Shown: positions 49,851-58,606 of the stretch, piece by piece
How the letters are laid out: each line of letters starts with the position of its first letter
How positions within the stretch are numbered: position 1 is the stretch's first letter
DNA from: Bacteroidota bacterium
Lineage (GTDB): Bacteria > Bacteroidota > Bacteroidia > Chitinophagales > Chitinophagaceae
DNA length: 64,000 nucleotides
Assembly: GCA_013286835.1 (NCBI GenBank)
Contig: JABDEZ010000001.1
Span: 2,916-66,915, forward strand
Reading direction: 5' to 3'
The notes under the pieces: model-generated
What the model was told of the DNA's origin: nothing
Databases searched by the model: none
The model's input: the letters and a program-made list of their open reading frames with translations, nothing else
Translations under genes and position numbers: made by a program

Positions 49851-50205
49851 TTGGTGCGGGGCGGCCCTACAGGCCGCATGATACTCCTTGTTTGTTATTG
49901 CTACAAAGCTGGGCCCTCTACAAGGGCACTGTTATGTGGAAGTGTTTAGAGTGGGTGTTGTATTAACCCCACATTGCGAGTGTAATTGGTACGGGGGCGG
50001 CCCTACAGGCCGCATGATATTCCTTGTTTGTTATTGCTACAAAGCTGGGCCCTCTACAAGGGCACTGTTATGTGGAAGTGTTTGGAGTGGGTGTTGTATT
50101 AACCCCACATTGCCGAGTGTAATTGGTACGGGGGGGCACTACAGGCCGCATATTATAGTACGGCCTTGTATCCTACAAAGCGGTGCCCTCTACAAGGGCA
50201 TGACA
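49851..50205 (+). repeat. tandem 136-bp REP-like composite modules (2 full plus 1 diverged partial)
   Basis: Hairpin gcggccCTACAggccgc occurs at 49861-49877 and 49997-50013, with a degenerate copy at 50133-50149. Hairpin gccctCTACAagggc occurs at 49913-49927, 50049-50063 and 50185-50199. All spacings are exactly 136 bp. Confidence 0.85.
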
Positions 50206-50275
50206 TATTGATTCATTTCGGTTAGGGATCTACTGAAAATATCTGTCTATCTTAATTGTCTTTTGTTTGCGCTAA

Positions 50276-50358
50276 CAGTGCCCTTGTAGAGGGCCCAGCT
50301 TTGTAGCAATAACAAACAAGGAGTATCATGCGGCCTGTAGGGCCGCCCTGCACAAAAT
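50276..50358 (-). repeat. REP-like composite module, inverted copy
   Basis: 50276-50348 is the exact reverse complement of the core of unit 1 (gggcggccctacaggccgcatgatactccttgtttgttattgctacaaagctgggccctctacaagggcactg). Confidence 0.85.
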
Positions 50359-50417
50359 GATTACAATAATTAAGCTGATTTCGCTGAACGGCATTGTTGA
50401 AAATGGCGTTTGTTAAG

Positions 50418-51968
50418 TTACTTATGCTTCACCTGCTCTAAATAATTCCTCCTGATCACATCCTGTACAGGTGTGCGTTCGATCTTGCTTTCCAGCCAAG
50501 ATATAATATCGAGGTAGGTAAAAGCGCGGGTTTTTTTGTGCACTTCTTTTTGCTGGCGCAGGGTTGCGAGCAGGATGCGGAACTCATTTTCGAGCTGGCG
50601 GGGCGGTATGTGGAAGGCCCGTTTCAGGAAGTTGAATATTTCCTCTTCCACTACACTTAGGTTCTCCATCTTGCCCATAAGGCGGTAAACTGATTTAGAT
50701 AAATATTCCAACAGTTCATCGTTGCCCAGCTCGTAGTGGGCTATAAGGTGCAGCAGGCGGGCGTAGCATTGCAGGTCTATCCGCAAATCGGTTTTCCAGT
50801 TGATGATCTTTTGCAGGTAGTCGATGCAGGTTTCAGAGTCGCCGCTGCCAAAGTACAGGCTGGCTATTTTGTAGTAGAATATAAGTACCCGGTGGCTATC
50901 CATGTACAGGCTGTATTCCTGTAGTTGGCTCATGATACCCGGCACTATTTTAAGCCCCTGGGTAAACGTGCCCTGCATGAAATGCTTGTTGATGCGCGCT
51001 GTAGTGAGATACACAAAGCCCTGTATCAGGTTGTTCTCGTTGTTCTTTATGGAGTCTAGTTCGCAGAGATCTTCCAGTTTTTGTAGTGTTTCGTCGAGGC
51101 CACGGTGGTTGCTGAGGTAGAAGTGAGATTCCAGCAGGTTGTGCAACCCTTTTAGGTAGTGGGTGCTTTCCACTTCTATCATATGCGGAAAGCTATCGAA
51201 CAGGTTGACCCATTTTTGGGTGTAACGGTAGTACAGGAAAAAATCTTGCAGTATAAAGGCATACCAGCAATAGCTTTGGTAGAGGTACAGGTTCTCATAA
51301 AAGTCATCGTTGTGGGCCTTTTTTTGTGAAAGGGCCTGGGCGAAAAAGTTTTTAATTTCTTCCTCATCTTTCAGGTTACGGGCATGGCCATTTTGTATGT
51401 ACCTGCTGTATAGCTGTAAGGAAAGGTTGGACAAGTGGCTGATGGTAGACAGGCGTTCATTGACGTCGTCAGACTCTGCAGCGAGTTGGTCGGCGCGATT
51501 GTGGATGCTGCGGGTAATGTGGAGACCCTCTATTTTCTTTTCAAAAAAAAGTGCTTGTTGGAGGTAACTAAGCTGGCCGTAATTTTTTGCGAACCCCTTC
51601 AGGGTATCGAGTATTTTAAGACTTTGCAGGTATAATCCTTTGTTGTATAGTATACGTGCATGGTCCATTTGCTCGTGCAGCTGTATATCTATATTGCCTT
51701 CATCTTTTATGAGCCTGAGGCTAAGCAGCACCTGGCGGTAGAGCCGGGTCTTTATATTATATAGCTGTTGCTTTGGGAGGTCGCTGAATTTTTTCAGCAA
51801 TAGGGTCTCGTCATACTCATTCATTTTTTCCAAAACATCAAATAACGCAACTGTGCGCAATTCTGTTTTGCTGGAATTGCGGGTGGCATATAGTTTAAAA
51901 TTCTTCTTTTCAGACTTGGTTAGGGACTTTATCAGTTGAAAAAGGCTGTCGGATGTTTTGTTGAGCAT
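50418..51968 (-). CDS. hypothetical all-helical (TPR-like?) protein, function unknown
   Basis: The 516-aa ORF has protein-like composition and repeated amphipathic helical segments. I recognise no catalytic motif. Confidence 0.6.
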   Translation of the reverse strand: MLNKTSDSLFQLIKSLTKSEKKNFKLYATRNSSKTELRTVALFDVLEKMNEYDETLLLKKFSDLPKQQLYNIKTRLYRQVLLSLRLIKDEGNIDIQLHEQMDHARILYNKGLYLQSLKILDTLKGFAKNYGQLSYLQQALFFEKKIEGLHITRSIHNRADQLAAESDDVNERLSTISHLSNLSLQLYSRYIQNGHARNLKDEEEIKNFFAQALSQKKAHNDDFYENLYLYQSYCWYAFILQDFFLYYRYTQKWVNLFDSFPHMIEVESTHYLKGLHNLLESHFYLSNHRGLDETLQKLEDLCELDSIKNNENNLIQGFVYLTTARINKHFMQGTFTQGLKIVPGIMSQLQEYSLYMDSHRVLIFYYKIASLYFGSGDSETCIDYLQKIINWKTDLRIDLQCYARLLHLIAHYELGNDELLEYLSKSVYRLMGKMENLSVVEEEIFNFLKRAFHIPPRQLENEFRILLATLRQQKEVHKKTRAFTYLDIISWLESKIERTPVQDVIRRNYLEQVKHK

Positions 51969-52183
51969 GATATTTTTGAAACAGGTAAAACGCAGTACAG
52001 TAAAGCATTTCCAACAATTTTATCACTTTCAGATGTGTTTGAAAATGGAAATCTTGTTTTGATACGGTTGTCATTCAGCAATACTTTTCCAAACCGGCTG
52101 ACATAGTGTAGTGCCTGTATGTACGGTACAGGCCTACTAAGTTATAAAAATGTTCAGCTAATTATTACAAGCATACTACAGCA

Positions 52184-53347
52184 ATGGACAAAATATTGAT
52201 ATTTGATACTACCCTTCGTGATGGTGAACAGGTACCGGGTTGCAGGCTGAATACAAAAGAAAAAGTAGCGGCCGCCCTGGAGCTGGAAGCATTGGGTGTG
52301 GATATTATAGAGGCCGGCTTCCCCATCTCATCTCCCGGCGATTTTGAAAGCGTAAGCGCGATAGCACGTGTTATAAAAGATGCAGTAGTATGCGGCCTTA
52401 CCCGCGCTGTGCTGAAAGACATAGAAGTGGCTGCTGAAGCGCTAAAAGATGCAAGAAGACCGCGTATCCACACAGGCATAGGCACATCTGACTACCATAT
52501 AAAATCAAAATTCCGCAGCACGCAGGATGAGATATTGAAGCAAGCTGTACAGTGTGTGAAATGGGCAAAAAACTTTGCAGATGATGTGGAGTTTTACGCT
52601 GAAGATGCAGGCCGTACTGGCAATGAATACCTGGCCCGTGTAATAGAGGCGGTAATAAAGGCTGGTGCTACTACGGTAAATATTCCCGATACCACGGGCT
52701 ACTGCCTGCCGCATCAGTATGGCGAGAAAATTGCCTTCCTGGTGAACAATGTATCTAATATAGATAGGGCAGTTATTTCATGCCATTGCCATAATGATCT
52801 TGGGTTGGCTACTGCAAACTCAATAGCCGGTATCATAGCCGGTGCGAGGCAGGTAGAATGCACCATCAATGGCATAGGAGAGCGCGCAGGGAACACCTCT
52901 CTTGAAGAAGTGGCTGTGATCATCAGGCAGCATAAATCGTTGAATTTTTATACTGATGTACAGGCTACAAAACTTACACCGATCAGTAATTATATATCGG
53001 ACCTTATGCGTATGCCGGTGCAGCCTAATAAGGCTATAGTGGGTGGTAATGCATTCTCTCACTCATCGGGCATACATCAGGATGGATTTTTGAAAGACGC
53101 AGCCACCTATGAAAGCATTGACCCTAAAGATGTTGGTGCAGCGGGCTCCAGCATAAGGCTTACCGCCCGTAGCGGACGATCGGCACTTGCGTACCGGTTG
53201 CTGAAGCTTGGCTATACTTATAACAGGGATGACATTGATGTTTTATACACAAGGTTTGTGCAGATAGCAGATGCCCAAAGGGAAGTAGTAGATACCGATC
53301 TGCACCACCTGGCAAAAGAATATGCAAATACAGCAGTTTTAGCATAA
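52184..53347 (+). CDS. leuA: 2-isopropylmalate synthase, short form lacking the C-terminal regulatory (LeuA_dimer) domain
   Basis: 387 aa with the N-terminal [11 protein letters not shown], plus [13 protein letters not shown] and [11 protein letters not shown], the HMGL-like/DRE-TIM motifs. It is followed by leuC, leuD and leuB. Confidence 0.8.
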   Translation: MDKILIFDTTLRDGEQVPGCRLNTKEKVAAALELEALGVDIIEAGFPISSPGDFESVSAIARVIKDAVVCGLTRAVLKDIEVAAEALKDARRPRIHTGIGTSDYHIKSKFRSTQDEILKQAVQCVKWAKNFADDVEFYAEDAGRTGNEYLARVIEAVIKAGATTVNIPDTTGYCLPHQYGEKIAFLVNNVSNIDRAVISCHCHNDLGLATANSIAGIIAGARQVECTINGIGERAGNTSLEEVAVIIRQHKSLNFYTDVQATKLTPISNYISDLMRMPVQPNKAIVGGNAFSHSSGIHQDGFLKDAATYESIDPKDVGAAGSSIRLTARSGRSALAYRLLKLGYTYNRDDIDVLYTRFVQIADAQREVVDTDLHHLAKEYANTAVLA

Positions 53348-53377
53348 AAATATTTTTCACTTTTCGGTTTATATAGT

Positions 53378-54778
53378 ATGGCAAAGACACTTTTTGAAAA
53401 GATTTGGGAAAAACACATTGTAAAAACGATACCTGATGGTCCTGATGTTTTATATATTGATACGCACTTTGTACACGAAGTTACTTCTCCCCAGGCGTTT
53501 AAGTCGCTTGAAGACCGAGGTGTAAGCGTATTGCGCCCCAAACAAGTAGTAGCAACAGCCGACCATAATATACCTACCATTAATCAGCACCTGCCGATCA
53601 CCGATAAATTATCGGCAACACAGGTGCAGCAGCTTACCGATAATTGCAAAAAGCATAACATAGAACTGTATGGCCTGGGCCATGCCTACAATGGCATAGT
53701 GCATGTTATAGGGCCGGAATTGGGTATAACCCAACCCGGTATGACCATTGTGTGCGGCGACAGCCATACCAGTACCCATGGTGCGTTTGGCACCATAGCA
53801 TTTGGTATAGGCACCAGCGAGGTGGAAATGGTACTGGCTACCCAATGCCTGTTGCAGAACAAGCCCAGGCTGATGCGGATACATGTAGATGGTATGCTGG
53901 GCAAAGGGGTTACTGCAAAGGATGTGATACTGCATATCATTTCAAAAATATCGTTCAATGGCGCTACGGGTTACTTTGTAGAGTTTGCAGGCAGCACCAT
54001 CAGGGCTATGTCTATGGAGGCACGGATGACGGTGTGCAATATGAGTATTGAAATGGGTGCACGCGGCGGACTCATTGCTCCGGACGAAGTAACCTTTTCT
54101 TATATGAAAGGCCGGAAGCATACACCTGTGCGCGACGCGTGGCCGGAAAAAATTGCAGAATGGCGCCGATTGCAAAGCGATAAGAACGCCGTTTTTGATA
54201 AAGAAATATACATACTGGCCAAGGATATACAACCCATGATCACGTATGGTACCAACCCGGGGATGGGCATTAGCATAAAAGGCAAAATACCTACCAGCGC
54301 CGGAATGGATGATAATGGCCGCAAGGTGTATTACCAATGTTTAGCTTACATGGATTTTGCTGAAGAGGAGACATTGTTGGGCAAGAAGGTGGACTACATA
54401 TTTATAGGAAGCTGCACCAACAGCCGTATTGAAGACCTGCGCCAGGTGGCGTCTTTTATAAAAGGAAAGAAGAAGGCGGATGACGTGGAAGTATGGATAG
54501 TGCCGGGCAGCCGGCAGGTGGAAAAACAAGCGATCGAAGAAGGTATACAGCAAATATTTGAGGATGCGGGTTTTAAACTGCGGCAACCAGGCTGTAGTGC
54601 TTGCCTGGCTATGAATGATGATAAGATACCGGCAGGGAAATATTGCATATCGACCAGTAACAGAAATTTTGAAGGCAGGCAGGGAGCAGGCGCCCGTACG
54701 TTGCTGGCTAGCCCGCTGACAGCGGCTGCGAGCGCGATAACGGGGTATATAACTGATGTGAGGGAGTATATAAACTAA
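53378..54778 (+). CDS. leuC: 3-isopropylmalate dehydratase large subunit
   Basis: 466 aa with the aconitase-family motifs [26 protein letters not shown] and [10 protein letters not shown]. Confidence 0.92.
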   Translation: MAKTLFEKIWEKHIVKTIPDGPDVLYIDTHFVHEVTSPQAFKSLEDRGVSVLRPKQVVATADHNIPTINQHLPITDKLSATQVQQLTDNCKKHNIELYGLGHAYNGIVHVIGPELGITQPGMTIVCGDSHTSTHGAFGTIAFGIGTSEVEMVLATQCLLQNKPRLMRIHVDGMLGKGVTAKDVILHIISKISFNGATGYFVEFAGSTIRAMSMEARMTVCNMSIEMGARGGLIAPDEVTFSYMKGRKHTPVRDAWPEKIAEWRRLQSDKNAVFDKEIYILAKDIQPMITYGTNPGMGISIKGKIPTSAGMDDNGRKVYYQCLAYMDFAEEETLLGKKVDYIFIGSCTNSRIEDLRQVASFIKGKKKADDVEVWIVPGSRQVEKQAIEEGIQQIFEDAGFKLRQPGCSACLAMNDDKIPAGKYCISTSNRNFEGRQGAGARTLLASPLTAAASAITGYITDVREYIN

Positions 54779-54787
54779 TAAGAACGA

Positions 54788-55402
54788 ATGAACAGCAGGG
54801 TAATAAAAATAATTACGAGTACAGCAGTGCCACTGAACGTGCAGAATATAGACACGGATCAGATAATACCCGCACGGTTTTTAAAATCGACAACACGTGA
54901 TGGGTTTGGACAAAACCTGTTTCGCGACTGGCGGTATGAAAACGATGACCCGGGGCAGCCGAAAGCCGACTTTACTTTGAACAACCCGTTATATGATGGG
55001 AGGATACTTGTGGCAGGTAAGAACTTTGGCTGCGGCAGCAGCAGGGAACATGCCGCCTGGGCATTGAAGGACTATGGGTTTGACGTTGTGGTGAGCAGTT
55101 TTTTTGCAGACATCTTCCAGAATAATGCCCTTAATAATTTTCTGCTGCCTGTGAAGGTGAGCGATGCATTTTTAGAAAAAATATTTACAGTAATAGAGGC
55201 AGCCCCTGAAACAACCCTCACTGTGAACCTGCAGGAGGAAACAATAACCCTGGCAGGTACTGGTGATCATGAACACTTCTCTTTCCATCCATACAAGAAA
55301 ACATGTTTGCTCAATGGGTTTGACGATATAGACTACCTGTTGAGTATTCGCGATGAAATAACAGCCTTTGAAGAACGTAAAAAAGCATTGGTCTTGCAGT
55401 AG
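54788..55402 (+). CDS. leuD: 3-isopropylmalate dehydratase small subunit
   Basis: 204 aa with [14 protein letters not shown] and [17 protein letters not shown], the LeuD motifs. Confidence 0.92.
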   Translation: MNSRVIKIITSTAVPLNVQNIDTDQIIPARFLKSTTRDGFGQNLFRDWRYENDDPGQPKADFTLNNPLYDGRILVAGKNFGCGSSREHAAWALKDYGFDVVVSSFFADIFQNNALNNFLLPVKVSDAFLEKIFTVIEAAPETTLTVNLQEETITLAGTGDHEHFSFHPYKKTCLLNGFDDIDYLLSIRDEITAFEERKKALVLQ

Positions 55403-55416
55403 GCCTTATAAATGAC

Positions 55417-56562
55417 ATGAAAAAGAACATCACAATAATTGCGGGGGACGGAATTGGTCCTGAAGTGACCAGGCAGGGGATAGCCGTATTGGAGGCTATA
55501 GCTAAGAAGTATGGCCATACCTTTCAGTATAAACATTGCCTGATGGGTGGGGTAGCCATAGAGGAAACCGGTAGCCCCTTGCCGGAAGAAACAATAACAG
55601 CATGTCTAGCTGGAGATGCAGTATTGTTGGGCGCTATTGGGCACCCTAAGTACGATAATGACCCTGGGGCAAAAGTACGTCCTGAACAAGGGTTGCTGCA
55701 ACTGAGAAAAGCACTGGAGTTATTTATTAATATACGCCCGGTAACCATGTACCCCTCTATAGCACACCTGTCGCCGCTTAAAGACAGCAGGCTTAAGGAT
55801 GTGGACTTTATAATATATAGGGAACTTACCGGGGGCATTTACTTTGGCAAGAAGGAAACAAGCGCTGATGGGAATACTGCCACAGACGAATGCGCCTATT
55901 CAGTAAATGAAATACTGCGCATAGCGCGGCCCGCATTTGCGGAGGCTCAGAAACGCCGGGGTAAGCTAACCCTGGTAGATAAAGCCAATGTACTTGAAAC
56001 ATCGAGGCTATGGCGGAAGGTAGTGCGTGAGCTGTCAATAATTCATCCTGATGTAGTGGTAGACTATATGTATGTGGACAATGCTGCCATGCAGGTGATA
56101 CTGAACCCTGGTCAGTTTGATGTGATACTTACTGAAAATATGTTTGGTGATATCATTAGCGATGAAGCGAGTGTGCTTTGTGGATCGCTGGGCATGTTGC
56201 CATCGGCCTCTATAGGTAGTAAGGTGCCTATGTTTGAGCCTATACATGGCTCTTACCCGCAGGCAACCGGTAAAAATATTGCTAATCCCATGGGTACTAT
56301 ATTATCGGTAGCTATGATGCTGCAATATTTTGGCATGCACGAAGAAGCCAATGATGTAAAACAAGCTGTGCAAGCTGCTTTGGAGCATGGCGTTACTACA
56401 CAGGATATAAATACAACTAATGGCTATACCACCACGCAAGTTGGTGCATTTATTTGCGAACGAATATTGGATGCGGTAACACAGGAGGCTGATAATTATG
56501 AAGAACAGGTACAGAATACCTATACCTACAATATAGATCTTGGCCAATCGACAATAATATAA
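55417..56562 (+). CDS. leuB: 3-isopropylmalate dehydrogenase
   Basis: 381 aa with ITIIAGDGIGPEV, VDKANVLE and NMFGDIISDEASVLCGSLGMLPSAS. It carries about 25 extra C-terminal residues compared with typical LeuB. Confidence 0.9.
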   Translation: MKKNITIIAGDGIGPEVTRQGIAVLEAIAKKYGHTFQYKHCLMGGVAIEETGSPLPEETITACLAGDAVLLGAIGHPKYDNDPGAKVRPEQGLLQLRKALELFINIRPVTMYPSIAHLSPLKDSRLKDVDFIIYRELTGGIYFGKKETSADGNTATDECAYSVNEILRIARPAFAEAQKRRGKLTLVDKANVLETSRLWRKVVRELSIIHPDVVVDYMYVDNAAMQVILNPGQFDVILTENMFGDIISDEASVLCGSLGMLPSASIGSKVPMFEPIHGSYPQATGKNIANPMGTILSVAMMLQYFGMHEEANDVKQAVQAALEHGVTTQDINTTNGYTTTQVGAFICERILDAVTQEADNYEEQVQNTYTYNIDLGQSTII

Positions 56563-56683
56563 TGTCTGTCTAGTATGTTATTGTCTAATGTGAATCGATG
56601 TTTAGCTACTGAATAAATGGCTTTTATAACTCTATTTAACAATGATGGTCAATGAATCTAAAAATAATCTTTGTTTTTTCAAT

Positions 56684-56691
56684 TAAATTTG
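56684..56691 (+). promoter_or_regulatory. candidate -7 box (TAnnTTTG) upstream of the aminotransferase gene
   Basis: TAAATTTG lies 36 nt upstream of ATG 56728. This is a motif match only. Confidence 0.3.
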
Positions 56692-56727
56692 CAGTTTAAC
56701 CTTTAAAATAAATATTAAGATAAGGAA

Positions 56728-58002
56728 ATGAGTAAACTAAGCCAGCTTGCAGAAACACTGATAGGATCAGAAATTGTGCGTTTAGGTAACGACATTAGTA
56801 ATCGTATCAGTCGTGGGGAGAAGATATATAATTACACGATCGGTGATTTTAATCCTGATATTTTTCCGATCCCCAAAGATCTGGAAGACTGCATAGTTAA
56901 GGCATACCGTGATAAACGTACCAACTATCCGCCTGCCGATGGTATATTGAAACTACGTACAGGTGTTGCTGACTTTATTAAAGAGGCAGAAGGAATAGAA
57001 TATGCACCTAATGAAATATTAATAGCCAGTGGTGGCAGACCCCTGATTTATGCATTGTTCCGCACTATTGTTGACAGGGGCGATAAAGTGATATATGCCG
57101 TGCCATCGTGGAACAACAACCACTACGTACATATAAATGAAGGGACGCATTGTGTAATAAAGACCAGTCCTGAAAATGATTTCATGCCTACTGCGGAAGA
57201 TATAGCACCACACCTTGCAGGCGCCACATTACTTTGCCTCTGTACCCCGCAAAACCCTACCGGGACAACACTGGGCAGGGAAGAGATGGAAAAGATATGT
57301 GACCTTGTACTGGCAGAAAATGCAAGCCGGAAGCCAGAAGAAAGGAAGCTGTATGTGATGTTTGACCAAATGTACTTTAAGCTTACATACGGTACTACGG
57401 TACACCATAACCCTGTAGCGCTACGCCCTGCTATGAAGGAGTACAGCATTCTTGTGGATGGTATATCTAAAGTATTTGCAGCTACCGGTGTGCGTATAGG
57501 CTGGGCTTTGGGTCCTGTGAATGTGATTGCTAAAATGAAGTCGTTATTGAGCCACGTAGGCGCCTGGGCACCTATGGCAGAGCAGGTTGGTGTAGCAGAG
57601 TTCTTTCAAAATAAGGAAGGTATTAAAACATTCCTCAACCACTTTAAAGCAGAGCTTGAAGAGCGTTTGTGGAGTATATATAATGGTTTTAAAGCACTGA
57701 AAGAAAAAGGATATATGGTTGATGCCATAGCCCCGCAAGCTGCCATATACCTAACCATAAAATTTGATCTGAAAGGCAATACCACTGGGGATACACAGCT
57801 GGCTACACAAGCTGATGTAACGCAATACCTGTTGGATAAAGCAAAGCTTGCGGTAGTACCATTCTATGCTTTTGGTGCGCCACATGATTCGCCATGGTAT
57901 CGCCTTAGCATCGGCACCTGCAGAAAAGAGGATATTCCTGAAATGCTGGGCAGCCTGGAGCATGCGCTGGAACAATTAAATGTATCCGTAACAGTATCAT
58001 AG
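56728..58002 (+). CDS. pyridoxal-phosphate-dependent aminotransferase, class I/II fold
   Basis: 424 aa with the PLP-lysine context DGISKVFAATGVRIGW, plus TPQNPTG and the YPPADG motif. Confidence 0.8.
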   Translation: MSKLSQLAETLIGSEIVRLGNDISNRISRGEKIYNYTIGDFNPDIFPIPKDLEDCIVKAYRDKRTNYPPADGILKLRTGVADFIKEAEGIEYAPNEILIASGGRPLIYALFRTIVDRGDKVIYAVPSWNNNHYVHINEGTHCVIKTSPENDFMPTAEDIAPHLAGATLLCLCTPQNPTGTTLGREEMEKICDLVLAENASRKPEERKLYVMFDQMYFKLTYGTTVHHNPVALRPAMKEYSILVDGISKVFAATGVRIGWALGPVNVIAKMKSLLSHVGAWAPMAEQVGVAEFFQNKEGIKTFLNHFKAELEERLWSIYNGFKALKEKGYMVDAIAPQAAIYLTIKFDLKGNTTGDTQLATQADVTQYLLDKAKLAVVPFYAFGAPHDSPWYRLSIGTCRKEDIPEMLGSLEHALEQLNVSVTVS

Positions 58003-58024
58003 CCACAATTTAAATACACAAAGC

Positions 58025-58061
58025 AAAACGCCCCAGGAGCAATCCTGGGGCGTTTTGTTTT
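58025..58061 (+). terminator. rho-independent terminator after the aminotransferase gene
   Basis: aaaacgccccagga / gcaa / tcctggggcgtttt is a 14-bp stem followed by gtttt. Confidence 0.85.
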
Positions 58062-58344
58062 GGGGGTATATCTGATGGATTTTAATGACTATTTGTAATT
58101 GCAATGCTATAGCGCCGATTTTCCGTCGACTATTTTATTAGCTACACTGCCTCCTCTAAGGCCCCATAAAAAGATGGTCATAAAGTTGTTCTATTCAATG
58201 CGGCATATGCTTTGCCGAAGATATTTTCCACAATAAAGGAAGTTGCAGTAGCAATGATTGACCCATAGCTTTCATTTTATATTTCAATTTGAATATAACT
58301 GCCTTTCAGTGTTTTATGGATAAATTGAATATTTATGTATTAAA

Positions 58345-58564
58345 TGCTGGTTAATAACTTGTTTTGGGATTGTTAATCAAATCTTTATTGGCGGTTAATG
58401 GTATGTAAGCTATCGGTTAACAATTTTTAAACTGCTGGTTAAACATTGCCAAATAACTCGTTATCAATTTCTAAGCAGATGGTTAATGATTTCTAAATAG
58501 CAGGTTAACAGCTTACAAATTAGTGGTTAACGCATATAGAAGTTTTCTGTTAAGATGAAAAGAT
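58345..58564. repeat. ten phased 22-bp degenerate tandem repeats, each with a (G)GTTAA core; candidate regulatory array upstream of the giant gene at 58607
   Basis: Hexamer starts are 58349 GGTTAA, 58371 TGTTAA, 58393 GGTTAA, 58415 GGTTAA, 58437 GGTTAA, 58459 CGTTAT, 58481 GGTTAA, 58503 GGTTAA, 58525 GGTTAA and 58548 TGTTAA. The spacing is 22 bp eight times, then 23 bp. Confidence 0.8.
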
Positions 58565-58606
58565 GTTGAGATTTGCCCTAAATCTTAACATCATAAATCG
58601 CTGTTT

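Larger units (their letters stand above)
49246..50358. mobile_element. REPtron-like locus: RAYT gene bracketed by oppositely oriented palindromic repeat modules
   Basis: There is one inverted-orientation module to the left (49246-49322). To the right are 2.6 direct 136-bp modules (49851-50205) and a further inverted module (50276-50358). Confidence 0.65.

Noticed and set aside
49888-50211. A 107-aa plus-strand ORF downstream of the RAYT gene.
   Set aside because: It is read straight through the 136-bp tandem palindromic modules, so its peptide is itself repetitive. It has a non-ATG start and no coding-like composition.
52033-52133. A possible leucine leader peptide/attenuator upstream of leuA: a 9-codon ORF MCLKMEILF (52033-52062) and a hairpin gcctgta...tacaggc (52113-52133).
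   Set aside because: The mini-ORF has only two Leu codons, the hairpin is not followed by a U-tract, and no alternative antiterminator pairing is evident.
58345-58564. The 22-bp repeats interpreted as plasmid- or phage-type replication iterons or as oriC.
   Set aside because: There is no rep/initiator gene, no DnaA-box-like TTATCCACA words and no partition genes in the vicinity. The flanking genes are ordinary chromosomal genes. A transcription-regulatory role for the downstream gene is more parsimonious, though untested.
58548-58590. The 9-bp inverted repeat as the ends of an invertible (phase-variable) promoter.
   Set aside because: The enclosed segment is only 25 bp, the arms are short, and no site-specific recombinase gene is present in the window.
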